Shown here piece after piece: positions 18,761 through 28,028 of a stretch of DNA of 64,000 bases. The stretch's first letter is position 1; each line of letters starts with the position of its first letter. The position numbers and the translations under genes are program-made. The stretch lies in contig JAILQE010000007.1 in the NCBI GenBank assembly GCA_024699125.1, positions 2,236 through 66,235 on the forward strand, written 5' to 3'. The notes beneath the pieces were generated by a model that was given only the letters and a program-made list of their open reading frames with translations, made no database searches and was not told the origin of the DNA. Source of the DNA: Candidatus Saccharimonadota bacterium. Its GTDB lineage: Bacteria; Patescibacteriota; Saccharimonadia; Saccharimonadales; Saccharimonadaceae.

Positions 18761-21700
18761 ATGCTTAAGGTCATCAAACGATCTGTTCCAGTGGTGGCAA
18801 CTCTTGCTGTTTTGATTTTGGGCGCTCTCTGCGAGCGCACTTCTGCTTTGCAGCAAAAATCCGACTTCGTTGTTCGTGTCAATAACAGTTTGTCTCTTAT
18901 CGTCCCAAAGCAAGATATTAAATTCATGCTCAACCCAGACAACGACGATATTTCCTACGATAGTATTAGCGTTGAAGTTCGTACTAATAATAAAAATGGT
19001 GCTACCGTGTTTGTTTCGACTAATAAGAATGATGGGAGGATCGGTAAAGATCTTAGCGACGACTATCTAAATTCGCAAAGCTTTTCTGCAGCCACTAGCC
19101 TGGTTGGACGGAGTACTAAAGGGATAATCCAGAGTATTTACGGTGAAAAAGACGCAAGCACCTTTCCTGGCGGTTATTGGGGAATTTCGTATGATGGCGA
19201 GCATTACTATGGCATAGGTCCTAAGAATAATCCAACTAACTTCTATTCCGTTCAAAGCTCTGGCCAAAGTGACGTAAGGGAAATCCGCGTTGGTGCTAAA
19301 TCGAGCGATGTTTTACTTAGTGATTATTACGAGAACACGATTATCTTCACGGCCGTTGCTACTTATTCACCAAAAACAACTAAAGATATTGTCTATATGC
19401 AAGAAATCGACACCGAGGTTGCTGATTCTATGATCCCAAACATTCAGTATCAACTGCGCGATATGCGCGACAACAAAAAATATTGGGTGGCGAAACTTGA
19501 TGATGGTAATGTCTGGATGACTCAAAACCTCGATCTTGAGCTTTCTCCAAGCGTCACACTGACTCCAAAAGATACAAATATTCTCGCTGATTGGACCCCG
19601 ATGAGAGGCACTATCGAGGCCACTCAGACTACTGCCGATACCTGGGTGAACGACGGCACCACGCCATATTCATATGGAGCCATCAGCTCCGATAACCGTA
19701 CCGAAGTAAGGGGTTATATTAGCAACACGAGCAACACCGACATTGTCGATGGTCGTTATGCCTTCCCATTTGGTACCTACAAAACCCAAGAGGAATGTGC
19801 CGCCGCTGTGTTTAACAGCGATTATTGCGAACACTATAATGTGGGAAAATACTACAACTGGGCTGCAGCTATTGCCAAAAATGACGCTAGTGCTATCGCG
19901 GATAGCGGTGAAACCGTGACTATTAACCAAAGTATCTGCCCGGCTAACTGGCGTTTGCCTATTGGTTATTCTGATATTGAAAAGAAGGGTGAGTACACCG
20001 TTCTACTAGAAGATGCTAAGGTGGCGTCTAGCGTTACCTCCGAATCCGGTATTACTGAAAGCTACTATATCGGCAGTAATTCTAATGCGCTCGTAGAATC
20101 ACCGTTGTTCTTTACTAACGCGGGTACCAAGAGCAAGGGCCAGTCAATTGAACACTTTTATGGTGAATATTGGACGTCGACAATCCACAATGAACCAAAC
20201 GTAGACCGTTTTTCCTTTGATCGTCGCAGCGAGTCTAGCACAAACGAACTAAAAACTAACTTTTATCCAAATATCGGCAATTCAACTGCTGATCTTGGTA
20301 TTGGTCGTTCAATTCGCTGCGTGGCAAAAAGCATGTATACTCACAAACTTGGATATTATATTGAAAACCAACGTATCGCTGAGCAGGTGATCAATAATTC
20401 GGTCCCTACCCAAACGATGGTATTCGATCCGTATTCATATGTGGATGCTAGCAACTACATTAAAGATGGTAATAAATACATCTCTGGCTGGAGCAAAACC
20501 GGCGATTGTTCTGGCAGCATTGCAGCCGGTGACCACGTCGATGTGGCACAAGCCTGTAACGTATATGCACAGTTCAAAGAAGGTCAGAGAGTAGATTTTT
20601 ATGGCAACGGTGGCACATTTGATGGTTCGTCCGATAACAATGTGGTACTATTGTCTGCCATACCACAAAAGAGCTTAGGAAGCAGACGGCGATATAGCTA
20701 TAGTGAGCGAAAAGCCAGCAAAGACGAAAACGATGGTTATTACACCACTTATTATAACTCGAGCACCTGTTATAGCGACGACATTACAATCGGGGAGTTT
20801 GGGAACTCTACGTATGTAGACCTGGATTTGACATATGGAATTAGCGGCGCCGCTGATTACCTGCGTATTTATGAGGGCGATAGCGGTGGAGAAATATGGT
20901 ACACCAGCGGTAGCGGATATGTCAGTGACCCTCAAAACAAAGTTATTAGAGTTTATAGTAAATCTGTTACCGTAAGCCTATGTACTAATAACTACTATAG
21001 TAGCAACAATAGTGGATTAGGCTACGGCTACTGGATTGATTTTCTACCGGAAAACGGTTTTAATCATGTCATTAAAGCAGGCACTGTAAAAATCCCAAGC
21101 CGCTCTGGTTATAAATTCCTGGGCTGGTCCACCAGCGAAGACGCAACTACACCAGACTTTGTCTTTGATCCAGAACACAATGAATATCCAGACAACCTCA
21201 AGCTCTATGCCGTATGGGCCGAAATGGGCGTAGAATATCATAACCTTATCGTTTCGGCCGACAAAAACATTGCTGATATGACCATTAAACAAGGCAGTAT
21301 GGCCGGCACTAGCATCACTGGCACCAGACACGGTAACATGTTCGTATTCTCTAACCTAACCGAAGGCGCCAACTACTATCTAGTTCCAGAGTTTGTTTCT
21401 GGTTATGAATTTGACAGCTGGAGAAAAGTTGATGCTACTACCGGTGCAAGCCTAAGCTCAACCGACAACCAAAACGCCTATTACACAATTGGCGCAGGCG
21501 ACAGCGCTGTCATTCTTAATAGTAGAAGAGGCCTTCTTGCCATTCAAAACTTCAATTGTGCCTCTCTTGCTAATGTTGGTGATACCACCGAGCTAGTTGA
21601 CATCCGCGATAACTCTGTCTATACAGTCGCAAAACTTGCGGATGACAAATGCTGGATGACTGAAAATATGCGTCTAGACTTCTCTAATCTTAAGATTGAC

Positions 21701-23332
21701 ATTTCGGCTCTAAATACAAACAATCCAACTGCGGACTTCATGAAAGTTGCAAACAGTAGATTTAACGGCACCAGAATGTGGTGTGAATCTAGAGATAGTT
21801 CAATTGATTATCCTGAGTGTTATAATACGGCACACTACAATACAACGAATATCAATGACTACACGAATGATGCCTATGGTCATACCTACGATGAAGGTGG
21901 TGTCTATTATAACTGGTATACAGCGACTGCAGGGCATGGTTCGTATGAGACGACCAATACCAGTGTCACGGGCGATATATGCCCGGCCGGCTGGCATATC
22001 CCAAGTGGGGCGTTTAACGGAGAGTTTAGCAGACTAGACAAAGCCATGGGTGGCAACGGCAACTCCGACACTAGCTCCTCGGCTGGGGGGTACAACCGCT
22101 GGAAGGGCTCAGTATTTGATCCTGTTTTTGCCGGCTTATACAGCAATTCCTATATCAGTCAGCGAAGCAATCGTTATGGGTCCACATCCTACTCGTGGAA
22201 TGATTCTGCATTAAACTGGACATCCACCGCGAGCAGTAGCCAATCATCGGCTCAGGTATTTAGTATTCAGTATCCTTATTACTCCTACCCAGGCACAACT
22301 ACCGTGGACAAATATTATGGTCTTCCAGTACGCTGTGTTTCCAATAATAATATTGATGTGGCATACAACATGAACGGTGGGGATGGTAGCATCGATACGC
22401 AACGCCGTATGGCTATAGGCTCGACACAGGAATTAAGCATAACTGTGCCACAGCGTGATGGTTATGTGTTCACTAGTTGGAATTCTAAACAAAACGGTTC
22501 TGGCGCAACTTACTATCCTGGGCAATCAATCATTATTCCAAGCGAAAACCTTACGCTTTATGCGCAATGGGTTGCCCCAAGCGGTACAATGCAAAACTTT
22601 AATTGTAATTCGCTCCAAAGAGGCAAAGTTATAGCTTTGACGGATGTTCGCGACGGATCGGTCTATTCTGTGTCGAAGCTTGCAGACGATAAATGTTGGA
22701 TGACGAATAATCTTCGGCTAAGCTTTACTAACTTGAGAGAAGATATTTCTTCCAGCAATACTAATAACCCAACAGCGAATTTCGTGAGTGCTGCAAACGC
22801 AAATCCATCCAGTTCGGATTCATGGTGTGATAATTGGAATGCCTCTTGCAATGATAAGATTACCTACAACACCTCGAATATCGGAAATAAAGAGAATGTC
22901 GATTCCTTTGGCAACACATATGATTATCACGGTGCTTATTATAACTGGTATACAGCTACAGCTGGTCACGGCCTGTACTCGGCCACTAGCGGCGGCTCTA
23001 CTGCTGGCGATATTTGTCCAGCCGGCTGGCATCTTCCAACAGGTGGTGATAATACTGGCGATTATTATGAACTAAACTATAAACTTAATAATAATACAAA
23101 CGTGACCAATGACAACACTAAGTTACGAGCCTTTCCTGCCAGCTTTACATATTCTGGGTACTATTATGGCTCAAGAGTTGAGGGCCGTAGTAGCTACGGA
23201 ATGTACTGGACGTCTACGGGCCATTCCTCAGGCTTTGCGAGAGTACTCCGTATAGAAGGCACGAGTGTGAATACTGGAACTAATGGTAATGTCCCGACTT
23301 ATGGATACTCAGTTCGTTGCGTCAAGAACTAG
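18761..23332 (+). CDS. Giant secreted surface protein: N-terminal module shared with the 8946 gene, three FISUMP domains, a CUB-like module, Listeria-Bacteroides-type repeats
   Basis: Signal peptide. Three copies of (D/N)xxY..AKL.D..(V/C)WMT.N(L/M) ... YYNW..A.A ... CPAGWH(L/I)P ... (S/P)(I/V)RCV. GYKFLGWS...LYAVW and DGYVFTSWN...LYAQW repeats. TGCTATAAT lies 6 nt upstream. Confidence 0.8.
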   Translation: MLKVIKRSVPVVATLAVLILGALCERTSALQQKSDFVVRVNNSLSLIVPKQDIKFMLNPDNDDISYDSISVEVRTNNKNGATVFVSTNKNDGRIGKDLSDDYLNSQSFSAATSLVGRSTKGIIQSIYGEKDASTFPGGYWGISYDGEHYYGIGPKNNPTNFYSVQSSGQSDVREIRVGAKSSDVLLSDYYENTIIFTAVATYSPKTTKDIVYMQEIDTEVADSMIPNIQYQLRDMRDNKKYWVAKLDDGNVWMTQNLDLELSPSVTLTPKDTNILADWTPMRGTIEATQTTADTWVNDGTTPYSYGAISSDNRTEVRGYISNTSNTDIVDGRYAFPFGTYKTQEECAAAVFNSDYCEHYNVGKYYNWAAAIAKNDASAIADSGETVTINQSICPANWRLPIGYSDIEKKGEYTVLLEDAKVASSVTSESGITESYYIGSNSNALVESPLFFTNAGTKSKGQSIEHFYGEYWTSTIHNEPNVDRFSFDRRSESSTNELKTNFYPNIGNSTADLGIGRSIRCVAKSMYTHKLGYYIENQRIAEQVINNSVPTQTMVFDPYSYVDASNYIKDGNKYISGWSKTGDCSGSIAAGDHVDVAQACNVYAQFKEGQRVDFYGNGGTFDGSSDNNVVLLSAIPQKSLGSRRRYSYSERKASKDENDGYYTTYYNSSTCYSDDITIGEFGNSTYVDLDLTYGISGAADYLRIYEGDSGGEIWYTSGSGYVSDPQNKVIRVYSKSVTVSLCTNNYYSSNNSGLGYGYWIDFLPENGFNHVIKAGTVKIPSRSGYKFLGWSTSEDATTPDFVFDPEHNEYPDNLKLYAVWAEMGVEYHNLIVSADKNIADMTIKQGSMAGTSITGTRHGNMFVFSNLTEGANYYLVPEFVSGYEFDSWRKVDATTGASLSSTDNQNAYYTIGAGDSAVILNSRRGLLAIQNFNCASLANVGDTTELVDIRDNSVYTVAKLADDKCWMTENMRLDFSNLKIDISALNTNNPTADFMKVANSRFNGTRMWCESRDSSIDYPECYNTAHYNTTNINDYTNDAYGHTYDEGGVYYNWYTATAGHGSYETTNTSVTGDICPAGWHIPSGAFNGEFSRLDKAMGGNGNSDTSSSAGGYNRWKGSVFDPVFAGLYSNSYISQRSNRYGSTSYSWNDSALNWTSTASSSQSSAQVFSIQYPYYSYPGTTTVDKYYGLPVRCVSNNNIDVAYNMNGGDGSIDTQRRMAIGSTQELSITVPQRDGYVFTSWNSKQNGSGATYYPGQSIIIPSENLTLYAQWVAPSGTMQNFNCNSLQRGKVIALTDVRDGSVYSVSKLADDKCWMTNNLRLSFTNLREDISSSNTNNPTANFVSAANANPSSSDSWCDNWNASCNDKITYNTSNIGNKENVDSFGNTYDYHGAYYNWYTATAGHGLYSATSGGSTAGDICPAGWHLPTGGDNTGDYYELNYKLNNNTNVTNDNTKLRAFPASFTYSGYYYGSRVEGRSSYGMYWTSTGHSSGFARVLRIEGTSVNTGTNGNVPTYGYSVRCVKN

Positions 23333-23370
23333 CACTGATTAACCCCATCTCTGTGATATAATACACCCAG

Positions 23371-23447
23371 GCACCCATAGCTCAACTGGATAGAGCGTCA
23401 GCTTCCGGAGCTGAAGGTTAGAGGTTCGAGCCCTCCTGGGTGTACCA
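23371..23447 (+). tRNA. tRNA-Arg (anticodon CCG)
   Basis: Manual fold: anticodon stem-loop TCAGC-TTCCGGA-GCTGA, T loop TTCGAGC, ACCA end. TGATATAAT lies 8 nt upstream. Confidence 0.85.
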
Positions 23448-23456
23448 AGGTGTTAT

Positions 23457-23533
23457 GCCTCCGTAGCTCAGTGGATTAGAGCATCTGTCTTCGGAACAGA
23501 GGGTCGTAGGTTCGAGTCCTATCGGAGGTACCA
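23457..23533 (+). tRNA. tRNA-Arg (anticodon TCG)
   Basis: Manual fold: GCCTCCG acceptor, anticodon stem-loop TCTGT-CTTCGGA-ACAGA, T arm GTAGG-TTCGAGT-CCTAT, ACCA end, followed by T8. Confidence 0.85.
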
Positions 23534-23606
23534 TTTTTTTTGTAGAAGAGCCTTCGGCACGGACTCGAGCAATCGAACAAAAAAATAATCCCTCGCGGGA
23601 TTATTT

Positions 23607-23711
23607 TTAGCGACCGTTTTTCAAAATTGGGTGTTTGCGCTTGTCGCTGTGCTTGTGATTATTGTTGCGATTTTGCTTTGCAACTGGTTTTAAAGTGATT
23701 TTTCTTGCCAT
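23607..23711 (-). CDS. Small basic protein (34 aa, MARKITLKPVAKQNRNNNHKHSDKRKHPILKNGR); not in the ORF track
   Basis: On the minus strand, TGGTATAAT-N6-ATG exactly follows the local leaderless grammar. The stop is followed by the hairpin AAAAATAATCCC-gcga-GGGATTATTTTT. Confidence 0.5.
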   Translation of the reverse strand: MARKITLKPVAKQNRNNNHKHSDKRKHPILKNGR

Positions 23712-23799
23712 GCGAAAATTATACCATATCGCAGCCAAATGGCAAGACTATCACCACCTACTCTACCCAAATCTAAATGCTTATGTTATAATCCAAATT

Positions 23800-25422
23800 A
23801 TGAACGAGGAAGAGCTCCAAAGAAAGCGCCGCGACAATGAGGAAGCGGCTACCGCTAGCCGGGCTAGAATTTTGGACCTCCACTACCTCGACACTAGAGA
23901 ATTTGAGAATGACCTCCCGCTCGTTAAGGGCGTACTTACTGTTAGCCAGATGCGTAACGGCTTCATAATTCCGTTGCAAAAAGGCGAGGGTGAAAACGAG
24001 TTTCAATTCATTGTCACCAGTCAAACTCCTCGCACCCTCATCCAGAAAATGACTCAAGAATACACCGATAACGGTGAGCGCATTCGATTCTTCTTGGTTT
24101 CTAATTCTGCCTTTAAAGTGTTCATGCTGCGTCACGACCCACCAATCGTGCGCCACTATGACGACATCAAGATTGCCGCTGAAGGTGATTCTGAAACCTT
24201 TGACTCAGTTTCTAATACGTTAAACAGTGTTTCTACTGAAGAAGTTTTTGACTTTTTGCTAGATCAGGCCGACAAACTCGGTGCCTCCGATATCCACATC
24301 GAAAACATGCGCGGCAATATCCGTATTCGCATGCGCGTAGACGGCATTATGCACGCTGTGGCTAATATCGACAAAGATCGCTATCGTATTTTGATGGGCG
24401 AGCTTAGCTCTCGCGCTAACGTGTCAACGGCTTCTAATAAACCGCAGTCCGGCCACATGCAAAAGGAAATTACGCGCGATGGTGCCACTCATATTTTAAA
24501 TATCCGCGTCGAAACCGTGCCAACTATGTATGGTCAAGACGCCGTGATGCGTTTGTTCAACTTTGATGAATCATTGCTCAACCTTGATTTGCTCGGCTTA
24601 TCAAGCGAAGAGCTTGATGAAATCAATAAGATTGTTTCGCGCCCACACGGCCTTGTTTTAATCGTTGGCCCTACTGGTTCCGGTAAATCCACTACGCTTT
24701 ATTCAATGCTCAATGCCTTGAATGACACAAGTAGAAAAATTATCACCCTTGAGGATCCAATTGAATACAGTATCACCGGTATCGAACAAATTCCAATCGA
24801 TACCAATAATGGTGGCTCTTTTGCTGCGGGATTGCGCTCGGTGCTTCGTCTTGATCCAGACGTCGTAATGGTAGGCGAGATTCGTGATACCGACACCGCC
24901 AGGACGGCCATTCAAACTTCAATTACTGGTCACCTAGTGCTTAGTTCGTTCCACGCGGCATCCGCTTCGGCTGCCTTTTCGCGCATGATTGATCTTATTG
25001 GCATTAATCCAATTTTCGCTACATCAATTCGTCTAGTGATGGCACAGCGCCTGGTGCGTAAACTATCAAGCAGTAAAGCTGCACGCCCAGCTACTCCAGA
25101 AGAAGCTGATTATATTAGAAAAGCTCTAGACGGCGTCCCGATGGAAGTCCTCGAAGGAATTAATCTCAACGAAATTACCTTGTATGACCCAGTTAAAACC
25201 GAAGAAGAGCCATTTGGCTTCTCGGGCCGCACCATCATCATGGAACAACTTGTGGTCACTGACGAAATCCAAGCCTTCATTCGCGGCAGCGTCAAAGACA
25301 CCAACGCTAAGATCATTGAAGAAACCGCCAAGAAAAACGGCATGCTTACGCTCGAGCAAAAAGGCATCATCGCCGCGCTTAAAGGTATCACTACGCTCGA
25401 AGAGGTCATGCGTGTCATATAA
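23800..25422 (+). CDS. pilB: Type IV pilus assembly / type II secretion ATPase (PilB/GspE family)
   Basis: GPTGSGKSTTLYS Walker A, the Asp box and GEIRD. The start was moved to the ATG at 23800, 7 nt after TGTTATAAT. The upstream part of the track ORF overlaps the small minus-strand gene and its promoter. Confidence 0.85.
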   Translation: MNEEELQRKRRDNEEAATASRARILDLHYLDTREFENDLPLVKGVLTVSQMRNGFIIPLQKGEGENEFQFIVTSQTPRTLIQKMTQEYTDNGERIRFFLVSNSAFKVFMLRHDPPIVRHYDDIKIAAEGDSETFDSVSNTLNSVSTEEVFDFLLDQADKLGASDIHIENMRGNIRIRMRVDGIMHAVANIDKDRYRILMGELSSRANVSTASNKPQSGHMQKEITRDGATHILNIRVETVPTMYGQDAVMRLFNFDESLLNLDLLGLSSEELDEINKIVSRPHGLVLIVGPTGSGKSTTLYSMLNALNDTSRKIITLEDPIEYSITGIEQIPIDTNNGGSFAAGLRSVLRLDPDVVMVGEIRDTDTARTAIQTSITGHLVLSSFHAASASAAFSRMIDLIGINPIFATSIRLVMAQRLVRKLSSSKAARPATPEEADYIRKALDGVPMEVLEGINLNEITLYDPVKTEEEPFGFSGRTIIMEQLVVTDEIQAFIRGSVKDTNAKIIEETAKKNGMLTLEQKGIIAALKGITTLEEVMRVI

Positions 25423-25439
25423 TATGCTATAATCGTCGT

Positions 25440-26189
25440 ATGAGTGATAAAGTTATTTCAGACTATAACGGCTACGACTACAAAAAAATCTTCTGGGAAG
25501 ATGCCGACCGTGAATACGAAGACCTTGCAGATCGCATGGCCATTCGCAAACTAATTCCAAAACGCATGGAAAAATTCGCCGACATTGGCGGTGGTTATGG
25601 CCGTCTTGCTAACGAATATTTGAAGCATGCCAAAAAGCCAATTATTTTTGACTATTCAAAGAGCGAACTAAAACAAGCCAAAGAGACCTTTGGTGACAAA
25701 GTTGAAACTCGTTCCGGTGATATTTACGAACTTCCATTTAAAGACGCCGAACTAGATGGCTTGATGATGATTCGCGTTACTCACCACCTCAAAGATATGC
25801 CAAAAGCTATCAACGAGCTTTATCGCGTGTTAAAACCAGGCGGCATGGCTATCATCGAAGTTGCCAACAAACGCACCTTGCCAAAAATGGCTCGCTTCGT
25901 ATTCCGCCGCTCTAAGGTCAATCCATTTAGTAAAAAACCTGCTAATTATACAGAAATCTCTAAAGACGGTTTTTATAATTACCATCCAAAATACGTGGAA
26001 GACATCTTCAAGAAAACCGGTTTTAAGACCGAAAAAGTACTTTCAGTGTCTAACTTTAGAAGCCGGGCCTTGAAAAAACTTTTCAAAACCAAGAACTTGG
26101 TTAAAATGGAAAACGTTGCTCAATCTACTTTGGCGCCAATTCGTTTTGCACCATCCATCTACTACAAGTTGAGAAAACCTGAAGAATAA
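25440..26189 (+). CDS. Class I SAM-dependent methyltransferase
   Basis: DIGGGYGRL (motif I) and LKPGGMAIIE. TGCTATAAT lies 6 nt upstream. Confidence 0.7.
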   Translation: MSDKVISDYNGYDYKKIFWEDADREYEDLADRMAIRKLIPKRMEKFADIGGGYGRLANEYLKHAKKPIIFDYSKSELKQAKETFGDKVETRSGDIYELPFKDAELDGLMMIRVTHHLKDMPKAINELYRVLKPGGMAIIEVANKRTLPKMARFVFRRSKVNPFSKKPANYTEISKDGFYNYHPKYVEDIFKKTGFKTEKVLSVSNFRSRALKKLFKTKNLVKMENVAQSTLAPIRFAPSIYYKLRKPEE

Positions 26190-26207
26190 GATATAATTAT
26201 GATGGCT

Positions 26208-26282
26208 GGGGCCATCGTTCAACGGATAGGACATACCCCCTCTAAGGGTACAATGCTGGTTCGATTCCAACTGGCCCTGCCA
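26208..26282 (+). tRNA. tRNA-Arg (anticodon TCT)
   Basis: Manual fold: GGGGCCA acceptor, anticodon stem-loop TACCC-CCTCTAA-GGGTA, T arm CTGG-TTCGATT-CCA(A), GCCA end. Confidence 0.8.
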
Positions 26283-26298
26283 CAGGTTATTTTGTTAG

Positions 26299-27741
26299 GT
26301 GGAAATGAAAAAGCAGCAGGGAAAAGCTAAGGGTGGATCAAAAAAGTCAGAGATTTTTCTGACGATTTTTTTGACTATCACCATTTTTGCAAGCATAACT
26401 TGCTCAGCAATATTTGCGCTGAAGCCAGAGTTTGATACGCTCGGTTTTTTGCTATCGCGTTTTGTTGATTATGGCTCTGAATATCAAGCCGACTATGGTA
26501 GAGTTTGCTACGGCACAATTTTTGGTTGTGAAAAAATAACACCAGAATATGACGACGTTGCGGTTGATACAAAAACGCTCGGCCAGCAGGATATTATTTT
26601 TAGTTTTAAACACAACGACGAATCGATTGAACTAAAGCAAACAGTTTTTGTGGTTGATAAAACTGCGCCGATGATTACGGTAGAAAAAGAAGAGGCCACG
26701 ATTTGCCCGGGTGGCAAAATTGCGAATTTTGGTCTTAAAGTTGAAGACGATTATGATGGCGAGCTAACCGAAAAAGCGACAATTAATTATCACGAAGAAG
26801 ATCAGAAAGTGATTATTAGTGTACTGGATAGCAACGAAAATTCGGCTACCTATATTCTACCGGCCAAATCTGGCGACACGGAACCGCCAGTAATTACTCT
26901 AAATGGTGAAGAACACGTTTCGATTTATCAAAACAATTGGTATGGCGATGCTGGTGCTACGGTTGTCGATAACTGTGACGAAGTTGAACTCGTGACCACC
27001 GGTTCCGTTAATACGAACGCCGTGGGCACCTATGAAATTACCTACTCGGCTACAGACAATTCCGGTAACGCTGCGAGCGTGAAACGCACAGTAGAAGTTA
27101 AACAGCCACAGCGCGCTAGTGGTACCATCTATCTTACCTTCGACGATGGTCCAGGCCAATACACGGCAAGGCTACTAGATATTCTGAAAAAATACAATGT
27201 AAAAGCTACATTCTTTGTAACGGGAAAAGGTGACGATAGTTTAATTTTGCGTGAGTACAATGAAGGCCATACGGTTGCTTTGCATACCTTTTCGCACGAC
27301 TACGGCTATGTTTACCAAAGCGAAAAGAACTATTTTGATGATCTATATCGCATCCAGGACCGCGTCAAAAGAATTACCGGTGTAGCCCCAACATTAATTC
27401 GTTTCCCAGGCGGCAGCTCAAATACTATCAGCGCCAACTATGATGGCGGACAGAGAATCATGTCTAAACTCGTAAAATCCGTGCAGGAAAAAGGATTTAC
27501 GTATTTTGACTGGAATATTTCTTCTGGTGATGCGGGCGGCGCCACAACATCCGATGCGGTGTTTAATAATGTGGTACGATCGCTGAAAAATGGTGGTTCA
27601 TCGGTGGTTTTGCAGCATGATATCAAAGGTTTTTCGGTGGATGCTGTAGAGCGCATCATCCAGTATGCCTTGAACCGTGGCTACACCTTTGCACCACTTA
27701 CCGCGAGCTCGTTTGCTGCTCACCACGGCGTAAATAATTAG
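26299..27741 (+). CDS. Secreted polysaccharide deacetylase (NodB domain) with N-terminal Ig-like (DUF5011-type) domains
   Basis: IYLTFDDGPGQYT and RFPGGS motifs. An Ig-like segment GTYEITYSATDNSGNAASVKRTVEV. The start is uncertain (GTG at 26299 or ATG at 26305). Confidence 0.75.
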   Translation: MEMKKQQGKAKGGSKKSEIFLTIFLTITIFASITCSAIFALKPEFDTLGFLLSRFVDYGSEYQADYGRVCYGTIFGCEKITPEYDDVAVDTKTLGQQDIIFSFKHNDESIELKQTVFVVDKTAPMITVEKEEATICPGGKIANFGLKVEDDYDGELTEKATINYHEEDQKVIISVLDSNENSATYILPAKSGDTEPPVITLNGEEHVSIYQNNWYGDAGATVVDNCDEVELVTTGSVNTNAVGTYEITYSATDNSGNAASVKRTVEVKQPQRASGTIYLTFDDGPGQYTARLLDILKKYNVKATFFVTGKGDDSLILREYNEGHTVALHTFSHDYGYVYQSEKNYFDDLYRIQDRVKRITGVAPTLIRFPGGSSNTISANYDGGQRIMSKLVKSVQEKGFTYFDWNISSGDAGGATTSDAVFNNVVRSLKNGGSSVVLQHDIKGFSVDAVERIIQYALNRGYTFAPLTASSFAAHHGVNN

Positions 27742-27886
27742 ATTGAAATTATGCTTGCATATTCTTGCGGGCTTTGTTAAACTAGAAAAGTCGCTCGTTT
27801 ATTTTTCCCAACTAGATCGGTGGTTGATCTTATTCCGGAGGTGGGTCGGTCGTTAGAGCGATATAATTAAGGAGAAAAATTGATAC

Positions 27887-27973
27887 ATGCGTATCAAACG
27901 ACAAAAACGTTCAGACGAACGCCAAAAGTCAAAAATTCCCCCTGCCGCTTGGCAAGAATTTATTGAAATCTAA
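27887..27973 (+). CDS. Possible small basic protein (28 aa)
   Basis: GATATAAT promoter, then AAGGAG, 9 nt, ATG. The stop is followed by a strong bidirectional terminator. No similarity recognised. Confidence 0.25.
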   Translation: MRIKRQKRSDERQKSKIPPAAWQEFIEI

Positions 27974-27984
27974 AACGTCAAGCG

Positions 27985-28018
27985 AAAAAAATATCCCCGC
28001 GAAGGGGAATATTTTTTT
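27985..28018. terminator. Bidirectional terminator
   Basis: A-run, ATATCCCC-gcgaa-GGGGAATAT, T-run. Confidence 0.75.
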
Positions 28019-28028
28019 GCAAAATGAA

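Noticed and set aside
21530-23330. Possible diversity-generating retroelement (template/variable repeat pair) in the two similar FISUMP domains
   Set aside because: No reverse transcriptase is present in the window. The two copies differ at all four bases and by indels, not specifically at adenines, so they look like ordinary diverged paralogous domains.
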